The notes: generated by a model not told the origin, from the letters alone. Shown: positions 26,552-35,519, counted from the first letter of the stretch. The stretch: DNA of 56,528 nucleotides from Minisyncoccota bacterium (GCA_041662525.1 JBAZSF010000005.1:1-56528); one strand, 5' to 3'. A program made the numbers and translations.

Positions 26552-27833
26552 AAATACACCGACAATTCTAGTTATTTTTGGAGTTTCTGGCGATCTAGCT
26601 AAGAGGTATTTATTACCGGCTATTGAAGCTATTAAAAAAGCTGAAATGCTTCCGGATAAATTTAAAATCGTAGGTGTCACCCGCCAAAATAATTCTCAAT
26701 TTTATAAAATGGACATAAATAGTAAAAAAGATTATGAAAAACTAGGTGAACATTTGACGGAAATAGAAAAAGATTTTAATTTGCCTATTGGTCTATCGGC
26801 ACAACGCCTGTTTTATTTATCAGTCCCCCCTATCGTGTCTAGATCAATTATTGAGCTACTTGGAGAATCGGGTTTAGCTAAAATAGGGGAGACAAAATTA
26901 TTACTAGAGAAGCCCTTTGGAGTCGATTTAGAAAATGCAATATATTTAGCGCACCATATCAAGCAATATTTTTCATCTAGACAAGTGTATCGGGTAGATC
27001 ATTATATGGCAAAAGAAATTGCGCAAAACATTATCGTTTTTCGAGAGGGTAATTCGCTTTTCAAAAAAACATGGAACAAAGATTTTATTGAAAGTATAGA
27101 AATTATAGTAAGTGAAGAAATAGGGATAGAAGGACGTACGAATTTTTACGAACAAACGGGCGCTCTGCGGGATGTAGTCCAAAGTCACCTTTTGCAATTA
27201 GTGGCACTAACGTTAATGACCTTACCAAAAAATTTAGAAGAAGTACCTAAAGAGCGACTCAAGGCATTAAAACAGTTAAATATTGTGTGTGATATTAAAA
27301 ATAGTGAATGTGTAAAGAGAGGCCAGTATGAGGGTTATCGTAGTGAGGTAGGGAATTTAAAAAGTATGACAGAAACCTTTGTGTCAGTAAGTTTGCAATC
27401 CAGCGACCCAAATTGGATAGATGTTCCGATAAAGCTCACCACTGGCAAAGCACTTAAAGAAAAACTTACAGTGATTAAAATTCGTTACAAAAAAGATAAA
27501 GAGTTGGAATCAAATGAATTATTGTTGCGTATCGCTCCAGATGCGGGAATAGAATTTAGCATGTGGGCAAAAAAACCCGGACTGGAACATCAAGTCAGTC
27601 GTCATGCGCTTCATTTTTTCTTTAAAGAACATTATGGAGAATTACCTGAGGCTTATGAACAAGTTTTATTTAATGCCATAAATGGGGACCATAATTTATT
27701 TACCTCAGGAGAGGAAGTAATCGAAACATGGAGAATCCTGGATGCGATACAAAAAACATGGGAAAAGACTGGAGATGATTTAATAATTTACCCCAAGGGA
27801 AGTACCATAGAGGAGGTTTTAGACATGAAATAA
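26544..27833 (+). CDS. zwf: Glucose-6-phosphate 1-dehydrogenase (short form)
   Basis: FGVSGDLA, EKPFG, RVDHYMAKE, GALRDVVQSHLLQ, EAYEQVL. Confidence 0.93.
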   Translation: MDKNTPTILVIFGVSGDLAKRYLLPAIEAIKKAEMLPDKFKIVGVTRQNNSQFYKMDINSKKDYEKLGEHLTEIEKDFNLPIGLSAQRLFYLSVPPIVSRSIIELLGESGLAKIGETKLLLEKPFGVDLENAIYLAHHIKQYFSSRQVYRVDHYMAKEIAQNIIVFREGNSLFKKTWNKDFIESIEIIVSEEIGIEGRTNFYEQTGALRDVVQSHLLQLVALTLMTLPKNLEEVPKERLKALKQLNIVCDIKNSECVKRGQYEGYRSEVGNLKSMTETFVSVSLQSSDPNWIDVPIKLTTGKALKEKLTVIKIRYKKDKELESNELLLRIAPDAGIEFSMWAKKPGLEHQVSRHALHFFFKEHYGELPEAYEQVLFNAINGDHNLFTSGEEVIETWRILDAIQKTWEKTGDDLIIYPKGSTIEEVLDMK

Positions 27834-27875
27834 TAAATTGCAATATATAATTTTTTCTATTATACTGAATGCTCA

Positions 27876-29027
27876 ATGAATAAAAAACCTTGGATTTTTT
27901 TAATAATTGCAATATTTTTGTTTATTGTTTTTTTTGTTTTTCTAGAATTTTTTAGTAGTACTTTGTCTTATAGTCAAAATGAACAAACAGTAACTCCAAA
28001 TACTAAAAAAATTGAAAATAAAAAAAGTGTATTAGCTATTTCTCCTCTTGATAAAGTAGCTTATGATAAAAAACTAAATGAAATAGCGAACAACCCGCCT
28101 GATCCTATTGTCTACAATACAGTCAAGACTATTGAAAAAGATAAGAACGGCAAATCCATAACTAAACTTACCAAGGTTCCTGTTTCTCCTCAACCTATTC
28201 AGACGCATCTTTGGCCTGTGAAAACTGTTTATCCGAATGCTGGCGCTATTTTGCCATTTTCTCGTATTATCGCTTATTATGGGAATTTATATTCAACGAA
28301 AATGGGAGTATTAGGGCAATATCCTGAAACTCAAATGTTAGCAAAATTAAAAACTGAAGTAGAAAAATGGGAGAGTGCTGATCCGTCCACTCCAGTAATT
28401 CCTGCTCTTCACTATATAGCTGTCGTGGCCCAAGGAAGTGCGGGGAAAGATGGCAAGTATAGAGCTCGTATGCCAAATGCAGAAATAGACAAAGTGCTCG
28501 CGATAGCGGAGAAAATAAATGCTATTGTTTTTCTAGATATACAAGTTGGTTTTTCGAATGTTCAAACGGAGATTCCACTTTTGGAAAAATATTTAAAAAT
28601 GCCACAAGTACATCTAGGGATCGATCCTGAATTTTCCATGAAGAGTGGCATTCGACCGGGGAAAGTCGTCGGCACAGTAGATGCATCCGACATAAATTTT
28701 GCCTCAAACTATTTAGCCAAGCTCGTGCGAGATAATAATCTCACCCCGAAAATTCTCATTGTTCATCGTTATACACAAAAGATGGTCACCAATTACAAAC
28801 AGATTAAGACAATGCCAGAAGTGCAGATCGTGATGCATATGGATGGCTGGGGAGTGCAGGCAAAGAAAATAAATACTTATCAGCAATTTGTCTACAAAGA
28901 GCCAGTACAATTTACCGGCTTTAAATTATTTTATAAAAATGATCTTTTGACAAAAGGCACGACGCTCATGACACCAGCGAGTCTTCTAAAATTAAATCCC
29001 CAACCTTTATATATCCAATATCAGTAA
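27876..29027 (+). CDS. Secreted or membrane-anchored conserved hypothetical protein
   Basis: N-terminal TM; conserved-looking IAYYGN...FLDIQVG...HLGIDPEF...MDGWG...GFKLFY blocks; function not recognised. Confidence 0.7.
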   Translation: MNKKPWIFLIIAIFLFIVFFVFLEFFSSTLSYSQNEQTVTPNTKKIENKKSVLAISPLDKVAYDKKLNEIANNPPDPIVYNTVKTIEKDKNGKSITKLTKVPVSPQPIQTHLWPVKTVYPNAGAILPFSRIIAYYGNLYSTKMGVLGQYPETQMLAKLKTEVEKWESADPSTPVIPALHYIAVVAQGSAGKDGKYRARMPNAEIDKVLAIAEKINAIVFLDIQVGFSNVQTEIPLLEKYLKMPQVHLGIDPEFSMKSGIRPGKVVGTVDASDINFASNYLAKLVRDNNLTPKILIVHRYTQKMVTNYKQIKTMPEVQIVMHMDGWGVQAKKINTYQQFVYKEPVQFTGFKLFYKNDLLTKGTTLMTPASLLKLNPQPLYIQYQ

Positions 29028-29034
29028 TAAAAAG

Positions 29035-29070
29035 AAAAAAAGGAGTGGGCAATGAATACCGACTCCTTTT
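29035..29070. terminator. Bidirectional terminator
   Basis: AAAAGGAGT-gGG...CCg-ACTCCTTTT with A and T runs on both sides. Confidence 0.7.
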
Positions 29071-29088
29071 CTAGGATAACCCAGAGGG

Positions 29089-29217
29089 TTATTGTACATA
29101 ATGTTGCTCAAAGGGAACGAAACCATCGCACCCTTCTTTGCTTGTAACCGTACAGTTTTCTTTTTTGCATTGTGTCGGGTCTTTATGCGCCTGAAAAAAA
29201 CATACGATTCTAAACAT
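29089..29217 (-). CDS. 42-aa Cys-rich small protein (not in the ORF track)
   Basis: MFRIVCFFQAHKDPTQCKKENCTVTSKEGCDGFVPFEQHYVQ; minus-strand GAAAGGGG SD 9 nt upstream; TGGTATAAT at 29272-29264. Confidence 0.55.
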   Translation of the reverse strand: MFRIVCFFQAHKDPTQCKKENCTVTSKEGCDGFVPFEQHYVQ

Positions 29218-29295
29218 TTTTTTGTACCCCTTTCTCAAGATTAGAATAACAAAGTGTTTCTTAATTATACCATTTTTTTTAAAAAAACCATTAGC

Positions 29296-29349
29296 TGTGG
29301 ATAACTCAAAAATTTAAAAATTGACATAACTACCCTTTAAATGTATAAA
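29296..29349 (+). promoter_or_regulatory. Single DnaA-box match plus sigma70 promoter for the 29414 gene
   Basis: TGTGGATAA 29296-29304 (reverse complement TTATCCACA); TTGACA 29321-29326, 17 nt, TATAAA 29344-29349. Confidence 0.55.
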
Positions 29350-29413
29350 GGAAAACAGGAAAGATGTTATTTTATTTCAGAAGGGTGTATATACGCCCAA
29401 GAAAGGAGGAAAT

Positions 29414-29665
29414 ATGAAAGATCGTCCCGAGATTCTCGAAGAACATTACCCCGATTATCTAGTGCGTTGGGCTTCTAGCGCATTAGAAAAGGCTGGATTT
29501 ACTCCAGGGGATATGTTACTGCTCGGGCAACCCGAGCAGCGACAGAAGATTGCTGAATTTCGGCTCGTCTTGCACGATCGGGCCGAAATAGTTCTTAGCC
29601 CCCTTCCTGTCGTCGAAAAGACGGAAGGGGAGCACAAAAAGCCCCAAATTTATTCCGGGGCTTGA
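29414..29665 (+). CDS. Hypothetical protein (SD-led orphan)
   Basis: GAAAGGAGGA SD; promoter upstream; terminator 29679-29727. Confidence 0.65.
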   Translation: MKDRPEILEEHYPDYLVRWASSALEKAGFTPGDMLLLGQPEQRQKIAEFRLVLHDRAEIVLSPLPVVEKTEGEHKKPQIYSGA

Positions 29666-29678
29666 CTGACTTAAAATC

Positions 29679-29727
29679 AAACCGTTCCCTCAGTAGGTGA
29701 AAAACCGTGCTGGAGGAACGGTTTTTT
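29679..29727 (+). terminator. Intrinsic terminator
   Basis: AAACCGTTCC...GGAACGGTTT followed by a T run. Confidence 0.75.
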
Positions 29728-29777
29728 CATTTGCTTTTATTTTTACCTTTTCTATATTTTTTTGCTATAATATAAAT

Positions 29778-29972
29778 ATGAATATAAATAAAGATTCAGT
29801 GCCACAAACAAAATCATATATGGATTATTCTGAAGAAGAAAGAAAATTATTGGTAGAAGGTATTCTTACAAATCGAAAAGAAGGTAAACCACCTACAGAA
29901 GATCAAAGGAAATTTCAAGAGGCGGAAGATATATTTTTTGAAAAAGATAGTCAAGATCGACATGGACACTAA
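29778..29972 (+). CDS. Small hypothetical protein
   Basis: Start re-assigned to 29778, 6 nt after TGcTATAAT. Confidence 0.5.
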   Translation: MNINKDSVPQTKSYMDYSEEERKLLVEGILTNRKEGKPPTEDQRKFQEAEDIFFEKDSQDRHGH

Positions 29973-30348
29973 AAAAGAAAAAAAAGCGTGGAAGGATGTA
30001 GAACATGGACAAAGATTTTTAAATGCTTTTCGAGGGATACGTGTTTTTTGGATGACTACGAATAATTTATTTAGATACGCATCATCTGTAGCGATTTTAA
30101 TAGTGATATTTTTAGGATATTATTTGCAAGTTTCGAGTTTTGAATGGATTTCATTAATTTTTGCTATTGGTTTTGTTCTAGTTTCAGAAGCATTTAATAC
30201 AGCTATTGAAATAGACATAGATTTAACTTCTCCAGAATATCATCCTTTTGCGAGAGACACAAAAGACGTCGCTGCTGCTGCTGTATTGTTGTCTGTATTC
30301 GTTTCTGCTATTGTCGGGCTTATCATCTTCTTGCCTAAAATTTTTTAA
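29962..30348 (+). CDS. Diacylglycerol/undecaprenol kinase family protein (DgkA-like)
   Basis: EAFNTAIEIDID...ARDTKDVAAAAV. Confidence 0.88.
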   Translation: MDTKKEKKAWKDVEHGQRFLNAFRGIRVFWMTTNNLFRYASSVAILIVIFLGYYLQVSSFEWISLIFAIGFVLVSEAFNTAIEIDIDLTSPEYHPFARDTKDVAAAAVLLSVFVSAIVGLIIFLPKIF

Positions 30349-30365
30349 ATTGGTAGAATTTAACT

Positions 30366-30758
30366 ATGAGTAATAATGTAAAAATTTTCATTTTAATAAT
30401 TTGTCTTTTAGTTTTAGGAGTAATAGCTACTGTATTGCTTCGATCTGATAGTATTCCTTTAGGTCCTGGGAAATATGATGAATTCGCAACTTGTTTAAAA
30501 GACAAAGGGGCAATTTTTTATGGGGCTTTTTGGTGTACTCATTGTCAAGAACAAAAGAAGCTTTTTGGTGTATCTCAAAAATTATTGCCATATGTTGAAT
30601 GTTCTACCGCTGACGGACAAAGCCAGACGCAGATCTGCAAAGACAATAAAATAACAAGTTATCCAACTTGGACATTTGCTGATGAGACAAGTCTAAATGG
30701 AGAAATTTCTCTACAGCAATTAGCTGATAAAACTTCTTGTATATTGCCTCAACAATAA
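30366..30758 (+). CDS. Membrane-anchored thioredoxin-fold protein
   Basis: FYGAFWCTHC, YVECS, YPTW cis-Pro loop. Confidence 0.85.
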   Translation: MSNNVKIFILIICLLVLGVIATVLLRSDSIPLGPGKYDEFATCLKDKGAIFYGAFWCTHCQEQKKLFGVSQKLLPYVECSTADGQSQTQICKDNKITSYPTWTFADETSLNGEISLQQLADKTSCILPQQ

Positions 30759-30794
30759 ATATTTATAGATTATTAGTTAACTAATTATAATTAT

Positions 30795-30860
30795 ATGGGA
30801 AAAGGAAATAACGCATATAGAAAAGATGTGAAGAAGCCTAAAAAGGCAAAAAAGAAATAA
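30795..30860 (+). CDS. 21-aa lysine-rich peptide (not in the ORF track)
   Basis: MGKGNNAYRKDVKKPKKAKKK, in the gap between two genes. Confidence 0.5.
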   Translation: MGKGNNAYRKDVKKPKKAKKK

Positions 30861-30872
30861 TCTAAATAGAAG

Positions 30873-31520
30873 ATGTCTCTGTTTACAAAAAGAGAAATTA
30901 CGCTAATGCGGAGATTGGATACGCCTGCCAAGGTGCAGGATTTTTTAGATGGATTTAAATTTAATTTTGAGAAAGGTGGGGAGACATTAAAATCTCCTAT
31001 TTTAACCTTGAGAGCGCGAAACGCGCATTGCTTCGAAGGAGCGCTTCTTGGAGCTTATATATTGTCTTTACATGGTTTCACCCCCTATTTAATGCATTTT
31101 AAAGTAATAAAAGGAGATTATGACCACATCATTACTCCGTTTAAGGTTGGTGGTCTTTGGGGGGCATTGTCTAAAACCAATCATGCAGTTTTGCGTTATC
31201 GTGAGCCAATATATAAGAATGTTAGAGAACTCGCAATGTCTTATTTTCACGAATATTTTTTAAATGATAGGAGAAAAACTCTTCGGCAATATTCTACCCT
31301 TTTTAATTTAAAAAATTTAAATAAACCTGCCCGCCCTCATGATAACTCTGGAGCAGGCGGGGATTGGGCAATTTCAGAGAAAGATCTTTGGTATTTAGAT
31401 AAAAAATTAGATAAAATAAAACATTACGATATTGTTCCAAAAGCTTATCTGAAAAAGCTTCGCAAAGCAGACAAGATTGAGATAGAAGCTACAAAAATTG
31501 TAGAGTTTAGAAAATACTAA
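30873..31520 (+). CDS. Conserved hypothetical protein, possibly transglutaminase/papain-like
   Basis: AHCFEGA ... DHII ... WGALSKTN..LRYREP; carries a family A insert. Confidence 0.7.
   Translation: MSLFTKREITLMRRLDTPAKVQDFLDGFKFNFEKGGETLKSPILTLRARNAHCFEGALLGAYILSLHGFTPYLMHFKVIKGDYDHIITPFKVGGLWGALSKTNHAVLRYREPIYKNVRELAMSYFHEYFLNDRRKTLRQYSTLFNLKNLNKPARPHDNSGAGGDWAISEKDLWYLDKKLDKIKHYDIVPKAYLKKLRKADKIEIEATKIVEFRKY
31326..31361 (+). repeat. Family A insert, in frame (PARPHDNSGAGG)
   Basis: CCTGCCCGCCCT-catgataactct-GGAGCAGGCGGG. Confidence 0.9.
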
Positions 31521-33285
31521 AAATACTATCTATCAATTTTGCAAACCAATTTTTTTGCGGAATTTCTTTTTGCTCTGTTTGAGTTGGAATAGAGGGGGAA
31601 GGAGTAGTATTTATGGCTGTAGCTGTTAATGTTTCTTTTTTAATAAATTTTCTAGGATTTTTAACTACAATTTTTTCTACAGTCTCAATTTTTGGCTTTT
31701 CAAACTTTTGCATTATTTGATTCCAAGTTTTATCAGATAATACAGAAGCAACATAAGCAGTTTCCCAGATTTTATTATTTAAGTTATCGTTTTTCATTCC
31801 ACCATCAACGTCTTGTATTGTGGCTAGATAATTAAGTGGCGTGTTTTCTCCTTTTTTCCAATCTTCCACTTTTTCATTTAATGCGAGGATGCCTTCCATT
31901 GCCCAAGCCGTAGAGGAAACATTACCCCAACCACCATTTTCCTTTTGATTTTGTTTTAAGTATTCTCGCGCTTTTTTTAAACTTTCCCCTTCACCTGGTG
32001 AAGGGGAAAACACTGAAAGGGCTTCTATTGCTGCGCCAGTCATATCTACAGAATTATCCCAGGATCCGTTTTCATTCTGTGCTTTCAGAACAAAAGCTAT
32101 ATCGTCATTTATCATTTTATCAGTTATCATATAGCCAGCATTTTGTAAAACAATTAAAGCGAAAATATCATCATTGTCTTCATGGATATCTCCAAACTGT
32201 GTACCATCAAAACTAGTAATTATTTTTTCTATATAATTTTCACCATTTGTATTATATGGGTTAAGTCCAAGAGCCATTAATGCCATTGAATGTCTTTCAT
32301 AGTCTGTCAAAGATGGATTTTTTATTTTAGTTTCTTTCAGATATTTAGTTAATTTTGATATTTGTTCTGGATAATTTGCTGGTGCTAATGTTAAAGCTAC
32401 CCAATCTGTATATAAATCTTCACCAAAAGATCCGTTTTCTTTTTGTTGAGATGTTAAAAAGTCAAAAGCTTTTTTAAGATCAAAGATTGGTTCTGGCTCA
32501 GGTGTTGTGATAATAGGTGTAAAAACAAATCTACTGCCACCAGAGGAACGTGTAACTACTGGCTCTGGAATAGAATCAGGTTCAGGTTCTGGAACAGAAG
32601 TGGGTAGAATTGTTACAGTCAAGATTTCTGTTGGAAAATAAAAATCCTCTTTGATTCCAACATTGTATGATCCTGTCTCTAATGGTGTAAAAATTGCTTG
32701 ACCATTTGCGTCAACAGGTTGGACTTGAATTTCAGTAGGCGACCAAGGATTGTTGGGGTCTGGTTGTGTTACTCCTATATTTACACCTGTTAAAGCTAGC
32801 CAGTTATTATTTTGATAATCATAATCTTGCGCATTTACTGATAAAATATCATTTGTATTTATTGAATTAGAGCTTAGAATTATTTTGTGGTGTGGTCCAA
32901 AATAAAAATAAAGATTTTCCCCACCGGAAAGAATTTTTTGGTCTATTGCATCAAAAGGATAAGAATCATTTACAGTATATTGCCAATCATCACAACTACT
33001 ATTTATACATTTTAAATAAAATCCCATACTAGAATATTGCAAATCTGTAATTGAAAAATTATCGCTTAAAATATCTGCATCTGTTAATACCGAAAGAACA
33101 CTATTGGCACCAACATCGTGTCCTTGTATTTGAATTGTTCCAGGTATTTGAAGTGGAACAGCTCCGGAATAAATAATATTAGCTCCGTCTCGTATGGTTA
33201 GATTAACATCTGCGGCCAAAACAACATTTTTCCCGACAAAAAGTAATGCTACTAATAAAACTATTTTAATAATTTGATTTTTCAT
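31507..33285 (-). CDS. Secreted protein: DUF4430-like domain, Pro-rich linker, prenyltransferase/squalene-cyclase-type alpha-barrel
   Basis: Signal-like N-terminus (start 33285); WQYTVN; four QxxNG(S/G)(W/F)-type repeats. Confidence 0.75.
   Translation of the reverse strand: MKNQIIKIVLLVALLFVGKNVVLAADVNLTIRDGANIIYSGAVPLQIPGTIQIQGHDVGANSVLSVLTDADILSDNFSITDLQYSSMGFYLKCINSSCDDWQYTVNDSYPFDAIDQKILSGGENLYFYFGPHHKIILSSNSINTNDILSVNAQDYDYQNNNWLALTGVNIGVTQPDPNNPWSPTEIQVQPVDANGQAIFTPLETGSYNVGIKEDFYFPTEILTVTILPTSVPEPEPDSIPEPVVTRSSGGSRFVFTPIITTPEPEPIFDLKKAFDFLTSQQKENGSFGEDLYTDWVALTLAPANYPEQISKLTKYLKETKIKNPSLTDYERHSMALMALGLNPYNTNGENYIEKIITSFDGTQFGDIHEDNDDIFALIVLQNAGYMITDKMINDDIAFVLKAQNENGSWDNSVDMTGAAIEALSVFSPSPGEGESLKKAREYLKQNQKENGGWGNVSSTAWAMEGILALNEKVEDWKKGENTPLNYLATIQDVDGGMKNDNLNNKIWETAYVASVLSDKTWNQIMQKFEKPKIETVEKIVVKNPRKFIKKETLTATAINTTPSPSIPTQTEQKEIPQKNWFAKLIDSIFSIF
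31983..32009. repeat. Family B palindrome, in frame (SPSPGEGE)
   Basis: TTTCCCCTTCACC-t-GGTGAAGGGGAAA; two mismatches to the folD unit. Confidence 0.85.
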
Positions 33286-33646
33286 ATTTCCAAGAGACAA
33301 TGTCTCCAAGGTTAATTTTATAATTTGAAACACCGACTTGTGCTTCAACGCCGTTCACATAATAAATCCAATTTTCATTTCCATTATTTTTTATTCCATT
33401 GATCGAAACAATTAATTTTCCCATTCCCACATAATCTTTTTCTGTAAAATTTATTTTTCCTTCGTTTTGAAGTTTACTCATAAAATCATAAACACTAATT
33501 TTGCCTGCAATTGTGTCTTCAAACTCGATAGTATTTAAGGGCTTAGACTTAGAAGGATGAGGAATTATAAAAACAACACTTAAAATAGCTATAAAAATTA
33601 CTATTGTTAAAATTATTTTTTTATTTTTAGATATAAATTTATTCAT
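33266..33646 (-). CDS. Membrane-anchored DUF4430 (transcobalamin C-terminal-like) protein
   Basis: GKLIVSINGIKN...WIYYVNG...GVSNYKINLGDIVSWKY; start re-assigned to 33646. Confidence 0.88.
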   Translation of the reverse strand: MNKFISKNKKIILTIVIFIAILSVVFIIPHPSKSKPLNTIEFEDTIAGKISVYDFMSKLQNEGKINFTEKDYVGMGKLIVSINGIKNNGNENWIYYVNGVEAQVGVSNYKINLGDIVSWKYEKSNY

Positions 33647-33654
33647 AAATTTTA

Positions 33655-33727
33655 CACAAAAAAATTCCGCTATTTTGAGCAGAATTCTGGGTCTTCCTGT
33701 TAAAAAACAAAGAAGATTTTCCTGCTC
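33655..33727 (-). terminator. Riboswitch expression platform: terminator and competing antiterminator
   Basis: Minus strand AAUUCUGC/GCGGAAUU stem followed by a U run (33686-33655); upstream GAGCAG (33727-33722) can pair with CUGCUC (33682-33677). Confidence 0.7.
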
Positions 33728-33776
33728 GGGACACATCCCAGTAGTAGAGCAAAGCTCACTACGGGACACGTAAAAT

Positions 33777-33890
33777 GATTGGTATTCGGACTTATCCCTT
33801 CCACCTTTTGGTGTTTAGGACTTACCGTAGCGGCACTGTACTGGAATCTAACCAGTTTCCCCAATCACTTCTTTTAATTTTCAAAAGAAC
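33777..33890 (-). ncRNA. Cobalamin riboswitch
   Basis: Minus strand GGGAA-ACUGG-uuagauu-CCAGU-ACAGUGCCGCUACGGUAA ... AAGUCCGAAUACC (B12-box-like), closed by UGAUUGG/CCAAUCA; TATACT at 33902-33897. Confidence 0.88.
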
Positions 33891-33917
33891 TTTCTTAGTA
33901 TATACTTACCATATATT

Positions 33918-34391
33918 ATGTCAAAAAAAGATGTGGATAAAGAAAAAATAAAGAATAAAAAACAAATAAAGATAATGGTTTTTGGAACTTTTGACGGACT
34001 GCATGAAGGCCACATTAATTTTTTCAAACAGGCAAAAAAACTCATGAAGAACTCATTTTTGATTGTTTCAATAGCGAGAGATAAAAATGTGAAAAAGATA
34101 AAAGGGGAGTATCCAATTAAGAATGAGAAAGAAAGAATGATTTTAGTAAAGAAAAGTAACTTTGCAGATAAAGTTGTGTTAGCAGGCAAGACAAAATATT
34201 TGTCTCATATTTTAAAAGAAAAAATAGATATTATAGCTCTTGGCTATGATCAAAAAGCCTACGTGCAAGAACTTAAAAAAGATTTAAAAAACAAAGGTAT
34301 TTTTATAAAAATTATTCGCCTGAAACCTTTCAAAGAGAAAATTTACAAAAATCACTTATTAAATATCGCTCCTTTTTATCGTAGAAGATAA
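33918..34391 (+). CDS. Cytidylyltransferase-family nucleotidyltransferase (FAD synthase RibL-like)
   Basis: VFGTFDGLHEGH, VSIARD, DIIALGYDQ. Confidence 0.85.
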   Translation: MSKKDVDKEKIKNKKQIKIMVFGTFDGLHEGHINFFKQAKKLMKNSFLIVSIARDKNVKKIKGEYPIKNEKERMILVKKSNFADKVVLAGKTKYLSHILKEKIDIIALGYDQKAYVQELKKDLKNKGIFIKIIRLKPFKEKIYKNHLLNIAPFYRRR

Positions 34392-35519
34392 ATAAATTCC
34401 GTATAACATTACTGCTCCTAAAATAAGAAAAATAAAATTAAAAGATGGAGTAAATAGAAAAACAATAAAGGCAATAAGTGGGGCTACAATATAAGCTATA
34501 GATCTAGAGTTGCGATAAATGCTGATAAATTCATCATTTTCTACATTTATATGTTTGAAAAAATATACATCGCTCATTACTTCTGTGATTGCAGCACCAA
34601 TTCTTGTACTAAAAAGAGCTATTGCCCAAATCCAAACTTCATGTTTCTCAATAAGAAAAAGTGATAAGGTAGAGATAGACGCTATCAAAAATCCTAACAT
34701 CATCATTTTTCTCTCACCGATTTTATCGGAATATTTACCCAGGGGGAATTGAATTAATACAAAAGGCAGAAGCATCACAGTGAACATCATGGCTATTTCT
34801 TTCCAACTAAAACCCAGATGTGCATATAAATATATCGGTGTATAAATGATCATCCAAACATAGAAAAATTGTAAAAGAAAATTTATTTTATAAGCACGAG
34901 TAAGATTTTTATTTATAAAGAAATTTTTAAACGATTGCCAAGCAAAAACTTTGTCATATTTGGGATCATTTAGATTCTTTAAGTTCCAAAATGTAGTGAT
35001 AAAAAAGATAGTCATTATTACAAAAGCAACAAAATAAAGGGTTGAAAAAGAAAATTTTGACAATATTTCGATAGAAAGAGCTTGAGAAATTACCCAAGCT
35101 AGACCCACGATAGAAAGATATAATCCACGCATTTTTCCCATTAATGAATTTTTGGAAAATATTTGCAGTAGTTCGTCTAAGGCAAAAACAATCAAATGGT
35201 TTAGGGTGAAATAGAAAATAAAGATTGAGATGATGAGAGCAGAACTTTTAAAGATAGATAATAAAAGAAGAGAAAGAGCATTCAGGCCTGATAAAAAAAG
35301 TAAGAATTTATATCCTCCTACTTTTCGGAGTATCCCGGGTATAAAAAAAAATACAAATAAAGAAATCAAAGAACCCAAGGCATATATTAAACCGACATTT
35401 TTTTCTCCTGAAAATGAAGAAAGAAAACTGGAGTTAATAAAAGAAGTGAATGCTAGTTGTAGAGATGCTAAAAACCCCAAAACAAAAATACTTTTTAATT
35501 TTGAATTTTTCGTAAACAT
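34359..35519 (-). CDS. MFS transporter
   Basis: About 12 TM segments; GKYSDKIGERK motif-A-like loop. Confidence 0.88.
   Translation of the reverse strand: MFTKNSKLKSIFVLGFLASLQLAFTSFINSSFLSSFSGEKNVGLIYALGSLISLFVFFFIPGILRKVGGYKFLLFLSGLNALSLLLLSIFKSSALIISIFIFYFTLNHLIVFALDELLQIFSKNSLMGKMRGLYLSIVGLAWVISQALSIEILSKFSFSTLYFVAFVIMTIFFITTFWNLKNLNDPKYDKVFAWQSFKNFFINKNLTRAYKINFLLQFFYVWMIIYTPIYLYAHLGFSWKEIAMMFTVMLLPFVLIQFPLGKYSDKIGERKMMMLGFLIASISTLSLFLIEKHEVWIWAIALFSTRIGAAITEVMSDVYFFKHINVENDEFISIYRNSRSIAYIVAPLIAFIVFLFTPSFNFIFLILGAVMLYGIYLSSTIKRSDI

Noticed and set aside
29280-29350. Replication origin
   Set aside because: Only one DnaA box, and no dnaA, dnaN or box cluster in the window.
33647-33769. 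41-aa N-terminal extension of the DUF4430 ORF
   Set aside because: It runs through the riboswitch expression platform; 33646 gives a normal signal-anchor start.
33932-33940. Second TGTGGATAA DnaA-box match
   Set aside because: Inside a coding sequence (DVDK); compatible with chance.
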